In this document: in pieces, positions 13,100 to 25,830 of the stretch
Layout: each line of letters begins with the position of its first letter
How positions within the stretch are numbered: position 1 is the first letter of the stretch
Assembly (NCBI GenBank): GCA_016748015.1
Contig: JAAOMT010000352.1
Location: forward strand, 1 to 64,000
Reading direction: 5' to 3'
DNA from: Geosiphon pyriformis uo1
Taxonomy: Eukaryota; Fungi; Glomeromycota
Length of the DNA: 64,000 nucleotides
Notes under the pieces: generated by a model
What the model was told of the DNA's origin: nothing
The model's database searches: none
What the model saw: only the letters and a program-made list of their open reading frames with translations
Program-made: the position numbers and the translations under genes

Positions 13100-13817
13100 T
13101 TATTACATGTATTAGCCACTGATGTCATATAATTAACCACTCTATTTTTAGAAAGTGATCATTGATTTGATTAATGACCTGACTGTTGATCTGATCATTG
13201 ATCTGATCATTGACCTAATCAATAATCTGATCATTAACTTGATCATTAACCTGATCATTGATCTAGTTGTTAACTTGATTATTGACCACTTTTAATAGCT
13301 ATATAAGTGATGAATCTTTTAGCTGTAGAAAAGCATATAAGAATCAAAGAAAGAAAAGAAATAAAATAACAATTTTTATCTCAATCATTCTCTTATTGCT
13401 AATTTTCTTTTCCTTACCTTCAAATATTTAAACATCTTGAAATAAAAGATATTTGTTGGCCTTTACCTACCCTTTTTCTGAAATAAATAATTGTAGCATT
13501 TGAAAATTTTTGAATAAAATATAACTGAAGAATACATCTGATACCTAATATTGAATTCTAAGAGTACTGACATATAGCATAAAATTATATCAGGCATGAT
13601 CATTTGTTGACAATACAAACTATTTTTTTACTTTCAAATTTTCCAGTTATTTTTTGAAAAGTATAGTGACTAAGATATTTTATGAGACTGATTTCACATA
13701 TTGAATCTATATTCATTCAATTCACTCTTTGAAGTTGAATTCCCTTTGATTTTTTTTATCACCTTACAATCCTGTTTTTTCTTGCTATCCATTAGCTTGT
13801 TACTCTAATGCATAACA
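13069..13817 (+). repeat. Gy-A 3' LTR (749 bp) with a 12-bp TGATCATTGACC tandem array at ~13155-13290
   Basis: Follows the PPT, ends cataaca; homologous to the other Gy-A LTRs. Confidence 0.9.
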
Positions 13818-14080
13818 ATATTAAAACTAATTTCTTAAAAATAGCTAAATAACTGGTTAGATTGATTTTTTATAATATTAAATTATTTAATGCAGTTTAA
13901 AAAATGTCAACTTTGAGTAAGTTTACTTTTATTATAGCAATATAACATAATTTAAACTGGTTTAAGTAACTGGTTATATATAAAAAATACATGAATTATA
14001 TTTAATCTTGAAAATCTTAGTTTGTTTTTAATTTCTAAATAGTATTTAAACTGTGCTTATTAAATCTAATAATAAAAAAT
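13818..14080 (+). mobile_element. Decayed LINE 3' end
   Basis: aactggtttaagtaactggttatatat (~13955-13981) matches the LINE 3' UTR motif; A-rich tail. Confidence 0.5.
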
Positions 14081-15255
14081 AATTATATATTAATTAAAAT
14101 TAATTTTGCTATATGTATTATTATTATATTATTTAAATAAAAAAATTATTATTTATAGTCAGATTTAAAATAAATACTATAATTAATACAATTATAACAG
14201 AATTAACATAAATATTAAAGAAATTAAATAAAGTTAATATTTTACTTTTTACAAAAAAATAAACTTTAAAGTAAAAACAATACTTTAAAAAATATTAAAA
14301 AAAATAACTTTTTTTGGTATTTTAAAAGATTTAATTGTTTTGAATTAAAAAGTAAAAAAAATTGTTTTTTTGTTTTTAGAACAAAAAAATCAGAAAAGCA
14401 AATATAAAAAAATGACATAAAAAAAATAACTTTGTTATTGATTTACTATTAAATATTTTTGAATTTTTTATAATAGTAACAATTATATTAAAATTGGTCT
14501 TAATTAATTACTTAAAAAAAACTTTAAATAAAGAAAAACTTTTACTTAAAGCCAAAAATAATGCTTTAATAGTAGCCAAAATTGTTTTTTTTTTATATTA
14601 CTTAAAAAAATATTTTAAAAAAACATTATTTAATTGTTTCTATTTTAAAATTTTTTTTTGAATATTAACAATATCAAAAAATAGAAGCTGTAATTATATT
14701 ACTTTTGTTTTAAGTGTGGTTATAAAAATAAAAAAAAGAAATGTTTGTTTTGTTTTTTATTTTTATTGGTATTAAAAAAAATTTTTTATAAATATATTTA
14801 ATCTTTATTTTATTTTGTTTAATTTAATCGTTATTTATGTAATGTTTTACATTGTAAGATTTAAATTACATTGTTTTAATGATTTATTTTATTGGTTTTT
14901 AACTATTAACTTTATTTTTTAATCATTTGAAAAATTCAATTATTAATAAAATGAGATTACATAAATGCAATTGATTATCTCTATATAATTTAATTTAATT
15001 AAAAGATAAACATGTATTTATAAAATTATATTAAAAAAACTTTTTTAGAAATAAATTGGAGTTTTAAATGGGGTTATTCGATCTGCAAAATGATAATTAA
15101 AAATTCGGGACGAGCTTAAAAAATTATAATGTTGTACACTTGATGCCATAAATTTGGTCAAAGGAGTAATAACTGTCAACAATTCTCGAATCTTTTTTTT
15201 TAGGAAGAATATTTAAATCAAATAATTCCAATATTCTCCCTACATCATCAAAAAA

Positions 15256-16687
15256 ATGTTCATGATTTTGTTTATCATCGCGTTGCTCCCACTTTCTCTT
15301 TATTCACTCAGGTCTCGTTTCTTCGCTCTGTTTATGGCACAGCGTCCTGAAGATGAGACTTCTCCCTTTGAACCCCAAAAGTCATACCAAATTCCCTCGC
15401 CTCCCATTGACCCTTCAGCTAACCCCGGAATCAAAACTGTTGTTGTTCCTCCTCCATATTATGTTAATCAGACGGGCAAGATGATTCTAAGGCCTAATTG
15501 CAGCCTTCGTTTATGGAATTTTACTAGTTGGTGCTGCATAACATCTTGCGTTTTAATCGCCAAATTCTTTCTTCGATTTTGCGCCAAATCTACTGTGTAT
15601 AATAAAGAACCATTTATCAAAGTACTTATGGATCCTCAAAGAACACGTCCGATTCTCACAGGTTGAATTATATTGCTATTGATGTGAGTTTTTGTGTATT
15701 AATCTTTAAAAATTCTCTATAAAATAACATATTCTACATTTGTACAGTTGCCAATCATTTATCAACGTAAGAATTTCATGAAATAAGACCTATGATTTAC
15801 ACGAAATTCAATTATTATGGATGAAATTAATTTCTAAATTTGGTTATTTTTATGAGTCTCGATGATCCATTACTATGGGCCAGTCTTCCTTTAGCGACAA
15901 ACAGATCTCTTAATACCGTGCGCTGGACGCTTGGCGCACAAGAAATTTGCTTTACAAGTTCGTAAGTGATCCGCGCAAATAACTTGAACAATTATTTTAT
16001 TACTCTATGCCATTTTACTTTTGAAATGCTTCAACCAAAAATTTGATAAGTCTTTGAATCTTCTTTAGTCTTTTATCCCATTTTTTCGCTTTTGGTCAAG
16101 TAGTCCCAACTGTTCGAGGTGCAGGCATTTATCAGCCAGCCATGAACTTCGCCCTCGATAGATTGAACGAAGGAAAATGGGTGAATTACTAATACTTGAA
16201 TTAAATGATTGTTTTTCCTGTTCAGATACTTCTTAATTCACACTTGCGATTACAGGTTCACATTTTTCCCGAAGGAAAAATTAATCCGACCCCCTCAATG
16301 ATACCGCTTAGATGGGGGGTCGGCCGTCTAATGATGGAAACTTCAAACCTTCCAATTGTCGTCCCATTATGGCATAAAGGTAATGATAGGTATTCACTGT
16401 TGATTTATTACTTTTCTTCTCAATTAATGTGTTTTGATTCAGGCCTTCAAGAGATTATGCCATTAGAAAGGGAAAGTTCTTATATTCCAATTTTGGGTCA
16501 GAAAGTAGTAATAGCCTTCGGAGAACCCATTGATCTCAAAGATGTCCTCACCAAATTTCATCAGGGGAAAATTGAAGAGAGAGAAACACGCATAAAAATT
16601 ACTGATGTCATTTTTAGTGCGTTGAATGAACTTCAGAAAACAGCTGAAGCTTTAGAAGCAGATAGGGTGAAGGAAAAAACATTATAA
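15256..16687 (+). CDS. TAZ1: Tafazzin (cardiolipin transacylase). Exons 15256-15661, 15748-15766, 15857-15961, 16069-16180, 16256-16379, 16443-16687; 336 aa (alternative start 15334)
   Basis: All introns GT..AG; spliced length 1011 nt, open throughout. Motifs RPILTVANHLSTLDDPLLW (HX4D), RWTLGAQEICF, GQVVPTVRGAGIYQPAM, WVHIFPEGKIN, LRWGVGRL, VVPLWHKGLQEIMP. CpGs intact. Confidence 0.95.
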
Positions 16688-18499
16688 ACTTAAACCAACT
16701 TTACTTTTTTATGTCTTGGGCAGAAAGGCTATCATTTTGCTTTTGAATTTTATTAGATACATCACACTTCATGTACAATATTTCTTTCATCCTATACTGT
16801 AGACTTCATAGAACTAGCTTAATGAATTTTTTTATAAAATTGCATTTAAAATCAGCGGAATTTTCGTGTTTTTGAAAAGATTGACTACTATATTGTTAAA
16901 AAAATAACTTTAAAAGGTTGTAATGTATTGAAATATTAAAGATTTCCGGATTTTTTATGTGGATACTATTTTTAAAAGTGAATAGTAAAAACGGTAAAAA
17001 AATATTTAACTTTATTAGGATTAAGTAACCAATGTTAAATTAAATTAAACAATAATTATTTAGTCTTATTTATATTATAGTAAAGAAAATTATCACTTCA
17101 TAAAGTTTTTAAAGACTTTAAATTAATTTAAGTAATAATTAAATTTACCAAGTAAAAAGAAAAAAAATAGTTAAAAACTGATTAAAATTAATAAGTAAAT
17201 TTATTAAGTATAAAAATAGTAAAACTGATTAAAAACTAATTTAATAACATTATAAATAATCTAAATTTACACAAATAAAATATTTAAAATAAAAATTTCA
17301 CAATATAATTTTTTATGTCAAATTTTTTAAATTAATAAATATAAATTAAATTTGAAATTAACTTATATTACATTATATTTTAATTATTATTATTATTATT
17401 TTTTGTCTAATATTAAATAATTTAAAAGATTATTTTATATTTTAAAAGTATTAAATATTCTTGTAAAATACAATTATTATATATTAAATTATATTAAAAA
17501 CAATATGTAATTAGCCATTTAAATCAATTAAAACTATTTTGAATTAAACAAAAAAACATATTTATTGCATTAAATTTATAATATTTCAAAAAAAATTTTT
17601 TAATAATAATTATAAAAGCAATAAAATATATTATTATTTTACTTTTTGTTTTAATTATAGTTATGATTTTTTAATGTTTTTTAAATCACTATTTTTGTTT
17701 TAAAGTTTGTTTGTTTTTTAAAAACAAGATATTAGTTTTTTTGAAGTTTTTTTTTAATTTTATAATATTAAATCTTATTTTGGTTGTAAACAATATTTTA
17801 TTTTATTTTAAACAATAACAACAACATATTTATCAAAATTAACTATATAATTTAATATAAATAATTTTAATTAATTATTATTAATTATAAAAACAAAAAA
17901 ATTATATTTTAATATATAATTTTATTTAAATATACTAGTATGTTATTTAATTATAAAAATTAAACTAATAAAATAAAATTTTAAACTGGGTTTTTAAAAA
18001 ATATTATTAGTTTTAATAATATATAAAAAAAATTATTAATTATTAAAAATTTTTTAAATAAATAATTTTTAATATTATTTTTAAAATTTAAAATAATTTA
18101 TATTAAAATTGTATTTTAGTTTTGGTATAATTTTATTGATATAAATTAATTATTAAAAACAATATTAACTTTTTTATATATAATTTATATTTATTTTTAA
18201 ATATACTTTTTATGATATATTTTTATAATTACAATTAGAACAAAAAGTAAAAATATTATAAATTTTTTATTATTTAAAACAATTAATAAATATTTTTACT
18301 AATAAAATAATTATAATTGTAAAAACTGTTTGTTAATATTCTATAAAAATACTTTTTTAAAATAAAATAATAATTAATTGGTTTTTTATTAATTTAAGAT
18401 TTTTTTTTATTTTTGGTTAAAAGTTTTTTTTTAAAGTTTTATTAAAGAGATTTATTTAAAGTAGTTTAATATAATTTTTGTTTTTTTAAAAAGTTTTAA

Positions 18500-21400
18500 A
18501 GTTTTTAATAAAAAATTAATAATTAAGTTATTTTTTTCTTCTATTTTTCTTTTTACTATTATTTAAATAACCAAAAAACAACTTTTTTAAAATATTAAAA
18601 TTTTTTTTTCTGTCTTAAAATCAGCTTTTTTTTTATAAAAATAAAGTTTTAATTTTTTTATCTTTTTTGGTTTTTTTATTAATCTTATATTATTAATACT
18701 AATTATAATATTTAGCTTTATTATAATTAAAAATAAAAAAAAATTTTTTGTTTTAAATAATAATAATAAAAACATATTAACTAATCTTGGTTTGAATTAG
18801 TTTTTAATTATATTGTCTAATATATTAATTTTTAATTAATCTTTGTTAATTTTAAAAATAAAATAAGATATGTTTTTATATATGTTTTTAACTAATTAAT
18901 TTATTAAATTATTTAATCTTAAAAATTAAACTGATTAAATAAAAACCAAATTAATTTTTTTTTGTTTTCTGGTATTGTTTTTAATAATACTTAAAAAAAA
19001 TTTATCAGTTATTAAAGATTTGCTAAATAAATAGTTTTTATTTTAATGTTTAATGTTTTTTAAAATTAAATTAGTTTTTATTAAAATTGTATTTTAGTTT
19101 ATATATGGTTTTATTCGTATTAAATTTGTGTTTAAGAACAATATTAAGTTTTTTTACATGAAATTTGCTTTTTAAACTTTTTTAAATACTGTATTTTAAG
19201 TTGAATTTACTGGTATTATTTCTTTTTTTATTTTTAAAATTGTTAAAGTTATAATGATTTTAGAGTTTTTTCTTTTTGCTACTATTATTTTACATAATAT
19301 ACTTAAAAATATATTTGTTAATATTAAAACAGTTTTAATGTTTTTAGTAAAGTTTTTTAATTTTATTAAAGTCTGTTAATATTTAATAATATATTATTAT
19401 TTATTTTAAACTTTTCATATTTTTTTTTTATCATTTTATAGATAAGATCCAAACACTGTCTATAACTATATATCAAAGAAATAATTTAAAATAGGTGTGA
19501 ATCATGTACTTTCTACATGTAGCCAGCCACTCGGGTTGATCAAGACAACATTATATAAACCAAAACTAAGCTACCAATGCCAGAAAAAAATAAGCAAAAT
19601 TTACAAAAATCAAAATACATACCAAAAGTCTTATTAATACTAAGCAGCTTAACCATACCAGCAAAAATTCTTAAAGCCAAACCAGAAACTAATACTAGAG
19701 CCAAACCATTCAGAGAAATTATACCATTTTTTTTTATATAAGCCTGATGTTTAGCATAAACCAACCAGATATCATCCCTAAAAGCAAGACTAAAAGAATA
19801 CACAAACTCAACAACTTTCAAATCAGCAACTTTGGAATCACAAAAGATGGAAACAGTCTTATAAAACCAATTATTAAAAACAAAGTTTTTATAAAAAGCT
19901 GTAAACACAGAAAAACCTAAAACACAGAACAACAACAGCTATAATATACTTGAAAAAGAGTGAGAAAAACCAGAAAGTGCTTTCCAAGAAGCCACATGAG
20001 AATCCAATATGTAACAACAAGCAAAGACATTGACCTCACAAGAAAAAACATAATCCAACACTTTCACATCTCTACAATATAAACACAATACACTAAAATA
20101 ATGTCTGTTATAAAGGCACTTTTGAATAGTAACAGACAGCTGATGATGTAAAGCCTTTATGAAATAAGTACATGTATTAGCTAAGAACCTGCTGATAAAA
20201 CCAGCAGTCATGTGTGAATCAGGATGTCACACCAATAATAAGCTGAACCAATCAATGTTCAAAAGCAAACAGCTTGCCAGAAACTTAGAATTAGACCCAA
20301 TTTCCCAATACATTTGACAAATAAAATAATAAATATTATGAATGAAGTGTCTAGAGTTGTCAGAAACAATATTATCATCAACCACTATAAAGAGCTTATC
20401 TAAGTGAAAAGGAAGGTACCAGTTAAAGAGAGAAATGGCATCAGCGATTACATTAGCATGCTTATTCTCCAAAACACCAGTAATTTTTTACTTTGTGCCA
20501 ACTAACCCTCAAATTCTTATTACAAATAACATTCACAACATGCTGGCACTCAACCCAACACTGATTATGAAAATCAGGACTCACTAGACCCATTTCTAAC
20601 TTACAAGCATCCAGAGCAGATTGACTATCCAAAAATAAGTTAACAGAACTAAACATGAGAACACACTCCAGAGCCAATACAATAGTCTGTATTTCCACCA
20701 AAGTAGATGACATTAAATTCAACATACCAACACCCAAATTTACATTAACATTCTTGAAAAAAACTGCAGCACCAGCCCTTTTGCTAACTATATCCAGACC
20801 TTTCAAAGATTTATTTGTGTAAACAGACAAACTGCCAGAAACAACCTGAGAAAGATGCTCATAAACAGACACAAAATCACAAAAACCAAGAATGCTTGAA
20901 GAACCAATACCATTCAAAGCCACAGGAAGAGAAGGAAAGAAAGTCACATCATTGAGAAACACAACAAAAAGTTTAAACCACTCAAGAATAAGGTTATGGT
21001 GGTTCAATTTTTTCCACTGCTTAAAGGTGTATTAATCAAAGATAGCACTATAATAATTACAAAGCTAATTCACAAAAGCAATGTTATATCTTCAAAGTGA
21101 TGGAAAAAAGTTAGAAAATTTTAACTTACCAAAAACAGCAGACATAAGCACTTTTAATATTATTATATCTGTTTTTGTTTATTAATTAATTTTAATAAAT
21201 AAAAATAGTATTAAAATTTTTTTGTTATTAATTAAAAAAATTATTTTTTATAATATTTTTAAGACTAAGTTAATTAAATTTTTTCTGATTATATAATTTT
21301 TAAAATTAACAATTTGGTTTTTTAGATTGATAATTATATTTGTTTTATTTTTTGTTTTACTAATTTTATTTAACAATTATAATATACTATTATTACTTTT

Positions 21401-23688
21401 GAATTTAAAAAAATTCAAATACAATTATTATTAAACTTAATACTTTAAAAAAATATTATATTTAATAAAAAACTTTTAATTATTAGTACTGTTTTAAGTA
21501 TTAAAATTTAAATTATTTGATTATAAATTGTAAAATATTTTTATGTCTTTTTTTTATGTTTTATTTAAGTTATAAATAGTTTCAAGATTTTTAAACTCTG
21601 TTTTATTAATACTAAATCTTATGCTAAAACTTTTATTCTATTAATTTTTTTTGTTATAATATTTTTGGTTGTTTTTATTATTATTAACATTAATTTTATA
21701 ATTGATTTTTATTTGGTTTTTTTAAAATTTAAGTTAGTTGTATTGACTTTATTAATTAAATTTATTATTAAGCTTATTAATATTTTGGTTATTTTAGTAC
21801 TAAGTTATTAAGAATTTTTTCTGTTTTGTATATTAAATTAAAAAATAATTATATTTTATTAATAAATTGGGCAAATTATATAAAAAAATTAATAAGCTAA
21901 TAATAAAAATATAAATCTTCATAATAATTTAATTATTAATAAAACTTTTAATAAAATAATAATTTTTTAAAAGCTTTTAATTTTTAAAAATAAAAAATAG
22001 TACAGATAATATTGCCAAATAATTAAGTAAAATAGTTTTATAATAATAGTATTTTATTAATATATATACATAAAATATTTTTTTAAAATAAGTTTTCTTT
22101 ATAAAATTAATATAACTTAATCTTAATTAATTTAGATAATTAAATACACATAAAAAATACATAAGTTAAATCTAATTTAAAATATTTAATTATTATATTA
22201 TATTAAATAATAATTAAATTATATTTTATTAAAACATAATAAAAAAATAAAAAACATTATATAAATAAGAAATATTTTTTAAATACAAATAGTTTTCTAA
22301 TTTTTGTTATTTATTCAAATAAATTATATAAATATTTAGATATTTTTTTGTCAGATTTTCTGAATTTAGTTTAAAAAAAATAAACAATAATATTAAATTT
22401 TTTATGTTAATAGTCTTATACAAATTTATTTTAAACAAACAGTTTTTATATTTGGTTTTAATAGTATTTTAGTTCAGTTTTATTAATAGAAATATTTGTA
22501 ATTGATAAAATTATTTAATTAAAAAAACTTAAAATAAAAGACTAATTTGTTCTGTAACTTTCTAAATAAAATTTTGTATTATTTGCTCTTATATAATTTA
22601 AAGTTTTTTGATTAGATTTAAGCAAAAGAAAAAATAATATCAGTTTTAATTTTTGCTAATATTTTTGACATCTTAAGCAGACTTTTTAAACACAAATTTT
22701 TGGATTTTCAAATGTTTGGTTAAAATTTTTTGCATTTTTTAAACAACTTTTTTATTAATATTATTTAACTGTTTTTGTATTATAAAGTTTTTTTTTTGTC
22801 TATATATCTAATATGTTTTATCTTAAATAACATTTTTGTTTTAGATGTTTTGAATTATTTAGAGTATTTTAAGATAATTAAATTTTTTAAACATTTTAAA
22901 ATTGTCTTTATTAATTAATTTTTTAATAATTATGATATGTATTTTACTTGAAAAAATTTCTAATATTAAAAATATTTGAACTTTTATGATTTTGTTTTTT
23001 CATGGTTTTAAAGTTTATTATTATTAATAGTCTTGTTAAAAATAAATTCAAATAAGTTTGCTGCTTTATAATATAATTTAACAAGTACTAATTTGTTAGA
23101 ATTTATTATTTTTATTGATAATTTAGTTAAATATTTTGGCTTATCTTAAGTAAAAAATAATAATATAACTTATTTTACTAATAATAATATAAAAATAAAA
23201 ATTAAAATAGTTTGTTCTTTTTAATTTTAACTAAATTGCAAGCTATACTTTTGGGTTTTAAGTATATTTTGTTATTTGTTTAAAGTAATAATTTGCTTAA
23301 ATAATCAAATTGTTTTTAATACAGTCTAAGTTAAGATGTTTATATTTATGCCAGATTTTTTTAATAAAATTTAAATTAAATATTATTATATTGTTAATAT
23401 TATTTACAATAGAAAAATTTCTGTAAAATAAATAAAATAAAAAAATATTTTAGTGTTTTAAATAATAAATAAGCTAACAAATTGGTAAACAATACTTCTT
23501 TCTCAATTTTTTATTATTAATTAATGTTTAAAATTTTTTTTTAATAATTGGTAACAATATTATTTTTGGCAATATTTACTGTTTTATAAGCTTTTGGATA
23601 ATTTTATTTGTTATGTTTTTTAAAAAATAAGTTTTAGTATTAATATTATTACTTTTTTTTATATTAATAATATTAATTAAATAATCAT
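18500..23688 (+). mobile_element. Ancient, extremely decayed LINE, 5' part (interrupted by 19422-21149, continues at 55448); left edge approximate
   Basis: 23460-23688 translates to NKQANKLV...FLIIGNNIIFGNIYCF, matching the post-RNase H region of LINE ORF2; the reading continues on the far side of Gy-B3. Confidence 0.55.
19422..21149 (-). mobile_element. 5'-truncated LINE (RNase H, Zn-finger, 3' UTR, polyA)
   Basis: VYTNKSL...STLVEIQTI...DSQSALDAC...WHKVK; LCLYC..DYVFSC; T-run at 19420-19429; TSD acttttcatatt (19410-19421) / acttttaatatt (21150-21161). Confidence 0.9.
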
Positions 23689-24489
23689 TATTACTTATAT
23701 AATAATAAAAAATAATAAGTTAAATAATCAATTAGAAATAAGTATAATAAAAAAAGATTTCCAGAATTTTAGTAATACTTTTAATAAAAATTACAGAATT
23801 TTAGAATTCCAAAAATCTTTATAGAAAAAATTCAAAGATTTTAAAAAATTTTATATAATAAAAATTATATATATTTAGCAGTAGAAATAAAAAAAAAACA
23901 GATCAGATTTAAAAACAAAAATTCAAGATTTAATCTTCTCTTCTTTCTATTTACTTTAAAAATTAGTTTGTTATTACTTAAAATAGAATTATCTAATTAT
24001 TAATTACTATATAATTTATGTTATTATTATTATTAAATTAAATTATTTAATATTTTTTGTCATATTAGCAACTTATACTAATAATAACTAATACTTAATT
24101 ATATTAAACAATAGCTTTTGATTATAGTTATTAATAAAATTTTAATTTTTTAATTTTTTTAATTTTTATTTTATTTTGTTTATTGTGTTTATTAATTAAA
24201 AAAAAATTAAATATTGAGTTTTCAACATCAAAAATAGTTTGGTAAAAAACCCATAAAATAAAAATAGAAATTAAAAGAATAACTTATTAGAAAAATATAA
24301 CTGTCAGATTAAACTGGTTATTATGTTGAAAAAAAAATTCACAGAAAACAACATTAATTAAATTTTTGTTTATTATATAAAAAACTTAACCAAAACTTTC
24401 AAATTACAAAAATCTTTAGAATTTATTATTATTAATATTTATTAAGTATCAAATTACAGATTTGTTATTTATTCTAATTATCTATAATA
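23689..24489 (+). repeat. Gy-B3 5' LTR (U3 with 9-mer GAATTCC-type repeats)
   Basis: Collinear with 54681-55447; followed by PBS. Confidence 0.82.
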
Positions 24490-24996
24490 TTTGGTGCTTT
24501 TTGTAAAGTATAATCTAACAAAAAACAAAGCATTAGTATTAATTATTTAGAAAAATAGCAAACCAAAAAATCATAGAAGTAAATTACTTAAAATTTACAA
24601 AATTCAATAATATTAACAGCAATTGGAATTAATCAATAATTATTTTCTAGCAGAATTAGCATTCAACTTCTATGTTAATAAAAAGATTATTTATTTCTTA
24701 AGAAAACAAATAAATATAAAATTATTAAGAGAAAATTTTTATATCAAGTTATTATAATATATTAACTTTTTATAGAATTATAATTTTGCTCTAATTATTA
24801 CAGAAATAAATCAAAAAATCAAAAAATATATTCAATAAAGATTTTCAATTATATTTGCTAACAAAAAGAAAAGTAAATTTCAAATACTAGCAAAAATACT
24901 TAAAATTATATAACTACTAATTTAGAAGAAACCAAAAGTTGTTTTTTTATTATTACATATCAAAAAATATCATCTAAATAACATTAGTCATTATAT

Positions 24997-25830
24997 TATT
25001 ATGAAATGGTTTTCTTGGTATATTTAATTGCCAATATCCTGTTTTAATTGCAATTAGTCTTTTATGAGTTTCTTAATTTTATTTGTATAATAATGTTAAT
25101 ATTTATACTAAAGGCTTTCTCTTGATATTACAATATAAGTTATTTCTCAATTTTTGATTGTTGTGTATGTTTATGTACTTCTTCTCAGAGACTGAACTGA
25201 AATCTACCTGCTGTTTGAAGTCTTTTTTGAGATTATTTTTGCAATTGTCTGATGTGTTTCTCTAATCTAGAAACATAAAATGTTAATAACTTTTAGCACT
25301 TTTTTTAATTCTTATAATAAAGCTTTTATTAATTAGTAACAATATAAATAATTTTGATCAGGAATTATTCTTCCAAAAAATTTAGCTGATGAATAATAAT
25401 TTTATTCAATAAATAATACAAATAAGTTTCTTAATATTTTGGGTTGTAATTATTTAGTTTTTAATATTCTTTTTCATTTCTTTTTAATTAAAAGTTTTTG
25501 TGAATATTTATTTTAAAAGTAAAAACTAGAAGATAATTAAAGTAGAACTGTTGAAAAAATTGTTTAATAACTTGTTTTTATAATTTGTTTTATAACTTGT
25601 TGTTTTTCTTAATATTAAAGCTACTGTATATATATGTTTATAGTTCTATGAAAAAACACATTGTAATACTTTTTTTTTGGTATTTCAATCTGATATTTAC
25701 TACTATTATCAGTTGGTGTTAACTGCTATTATAAGCTAATGCTTGCCACTATTGTAAGATAGTACTTGTCATTATATTAATCATTACTTTTCTAAGATTA
25801 TTACTGTACTATATTATAATTGAATAATTT
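24997..25830 (-). repeat. Probable solo LTR of a third family inserted in Gy-B3 gag; ends uncertain
   Basis: Segment absent from the homologous gag at 57260-57450; contains reverse TATA block ctactgtatatatatg (25621) similar to Gy-B LTRs; no TSD resolved. Confidence 0.45.

Larger units (their letters stand above)
9021..13817 (+). mobile_element. Gypsy Gy-A1b: second, less mutated copy from PR C-terminus through RT, RNase H, integrase, ORF3, PPT and 3' LTR
   Basis: RT WAFPVVVISKK, FSTIDLTAGFWQV, YLDN (10216-10227); integrase HYYWSTL...CDICQ; PPT gaagagaatga ~13058-13068. Confidence 0.92.

Noticed and set aside
13150-13290. CRISPR-like or telomeric arrays (also 42300-42435, 58590-58730, 63700-63870)
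   Set aside because: Head-to-tail degenerate repeats inside LTR U3 regions, with no unique spacers and no cas genes.
1-13817. Alternative genetic code or organellar origin explaining the many TAA/TAG/TGA
   Set aside because: Stops differ between copies and match C>T/G>A changes; tafazzin uses the standard code and spliceosomal introns.
15256-16687. ORFs 15256-15666 and 16205-16687 as two separate genes
   Set aside because: They are exons of one spliced tafazzin gene with read-through into introns.
17040-18780. Coding potential of the extreme AT-rich region (ORF 18587-18775)
   Set aside because: K/I/L/F-dominated translation expected from ~90% AT; probably fully decayed repeats, but not assignable.
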